From Lophium mytilinum (lineage: Eukaryota): 64,000 bases of DNA. Position numbers and translations under genes: made by a program. The DNA lies in contig MU004202.1 of the NCBI GenBank assembly GCA_010093605.1, positions 11,560 to 75,559 on the forward strand. Direction: 5' to 3'. The notes beneath the pieces are model-generated. The model was not told the DNA's origin. It did not search any database and saw only the letters and a program-made list of their open reading frames with translations. Below are positions 63,758-64,000 of this stretch, in pieces (position 1 is the stretch's first letter; the number at the start of each line of letters is the position of its first letter).

Positions 63758-64000
63758 TTGGAGATGGATTGGGGGATTCTCTATATGAAAAGGGCGTTAT
63801 GACAGGTACTTCTTGGTTACCGGCATTGCAGAAAAAGGATGGGTGGATCTGGGCCGGGTATGCACATAGCGGGATTGTAGATAGGCGGATTTAAGAACTG
63901 ATATACCAACTTTGGTCATAGAGTCAAAGAATTGACGAACTCCAGACGATATCAACCTAAGATCACAGGAAATAGAAACACGACTCAATTCATGCGATTA

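Overview
Filamentous ascomycete (Pezizomycotina; Dothideomycete-like, class inferred) genomic window with intron-containing genes. 1-~5.8 kb is an AT-rich block mutated by repeat-induced point mutation (RIP). It holds a dead Ty3/Gypsy chromovirus pol, LTR remnants and a RIP-killed Gln/His-rich host-like gene; RIP fades out by ~9 kb near a set of ~60-bp direct/inverted repeats. 10-40 kb is a run of transport, redox and hydrolase genes with no PKS, NRPS or terpene-cyclase backbone. Its left part (MFS, sugar porter, PhyH-like dioxygenase, double-Zn2Cys6 TF, esterase, two flavin monooxygenases, reductase) shares a repeated upstream motif, CGACGGGA. 40.6-41.2 kb is an intact 645-bp Copia-type TRIM with a 5-bp TSD. 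41.5-48.7 kb holds two diverged tandem paralogous coiled-coil genes, one disrupted. The right end carries conserved genes (Sep1-like forkhead TF, BUD31, NDUFA6, RPC19, HIS3). The most unexpected signal is a degenerate ~150-bp repeat family. It forms a 4.3-unit intergenic array (58.2-58.9 kb) and a 3-unit array inside the TF intron, and recurs in the P450 intron and probably other intergenic sites. All alignments were done by eye.
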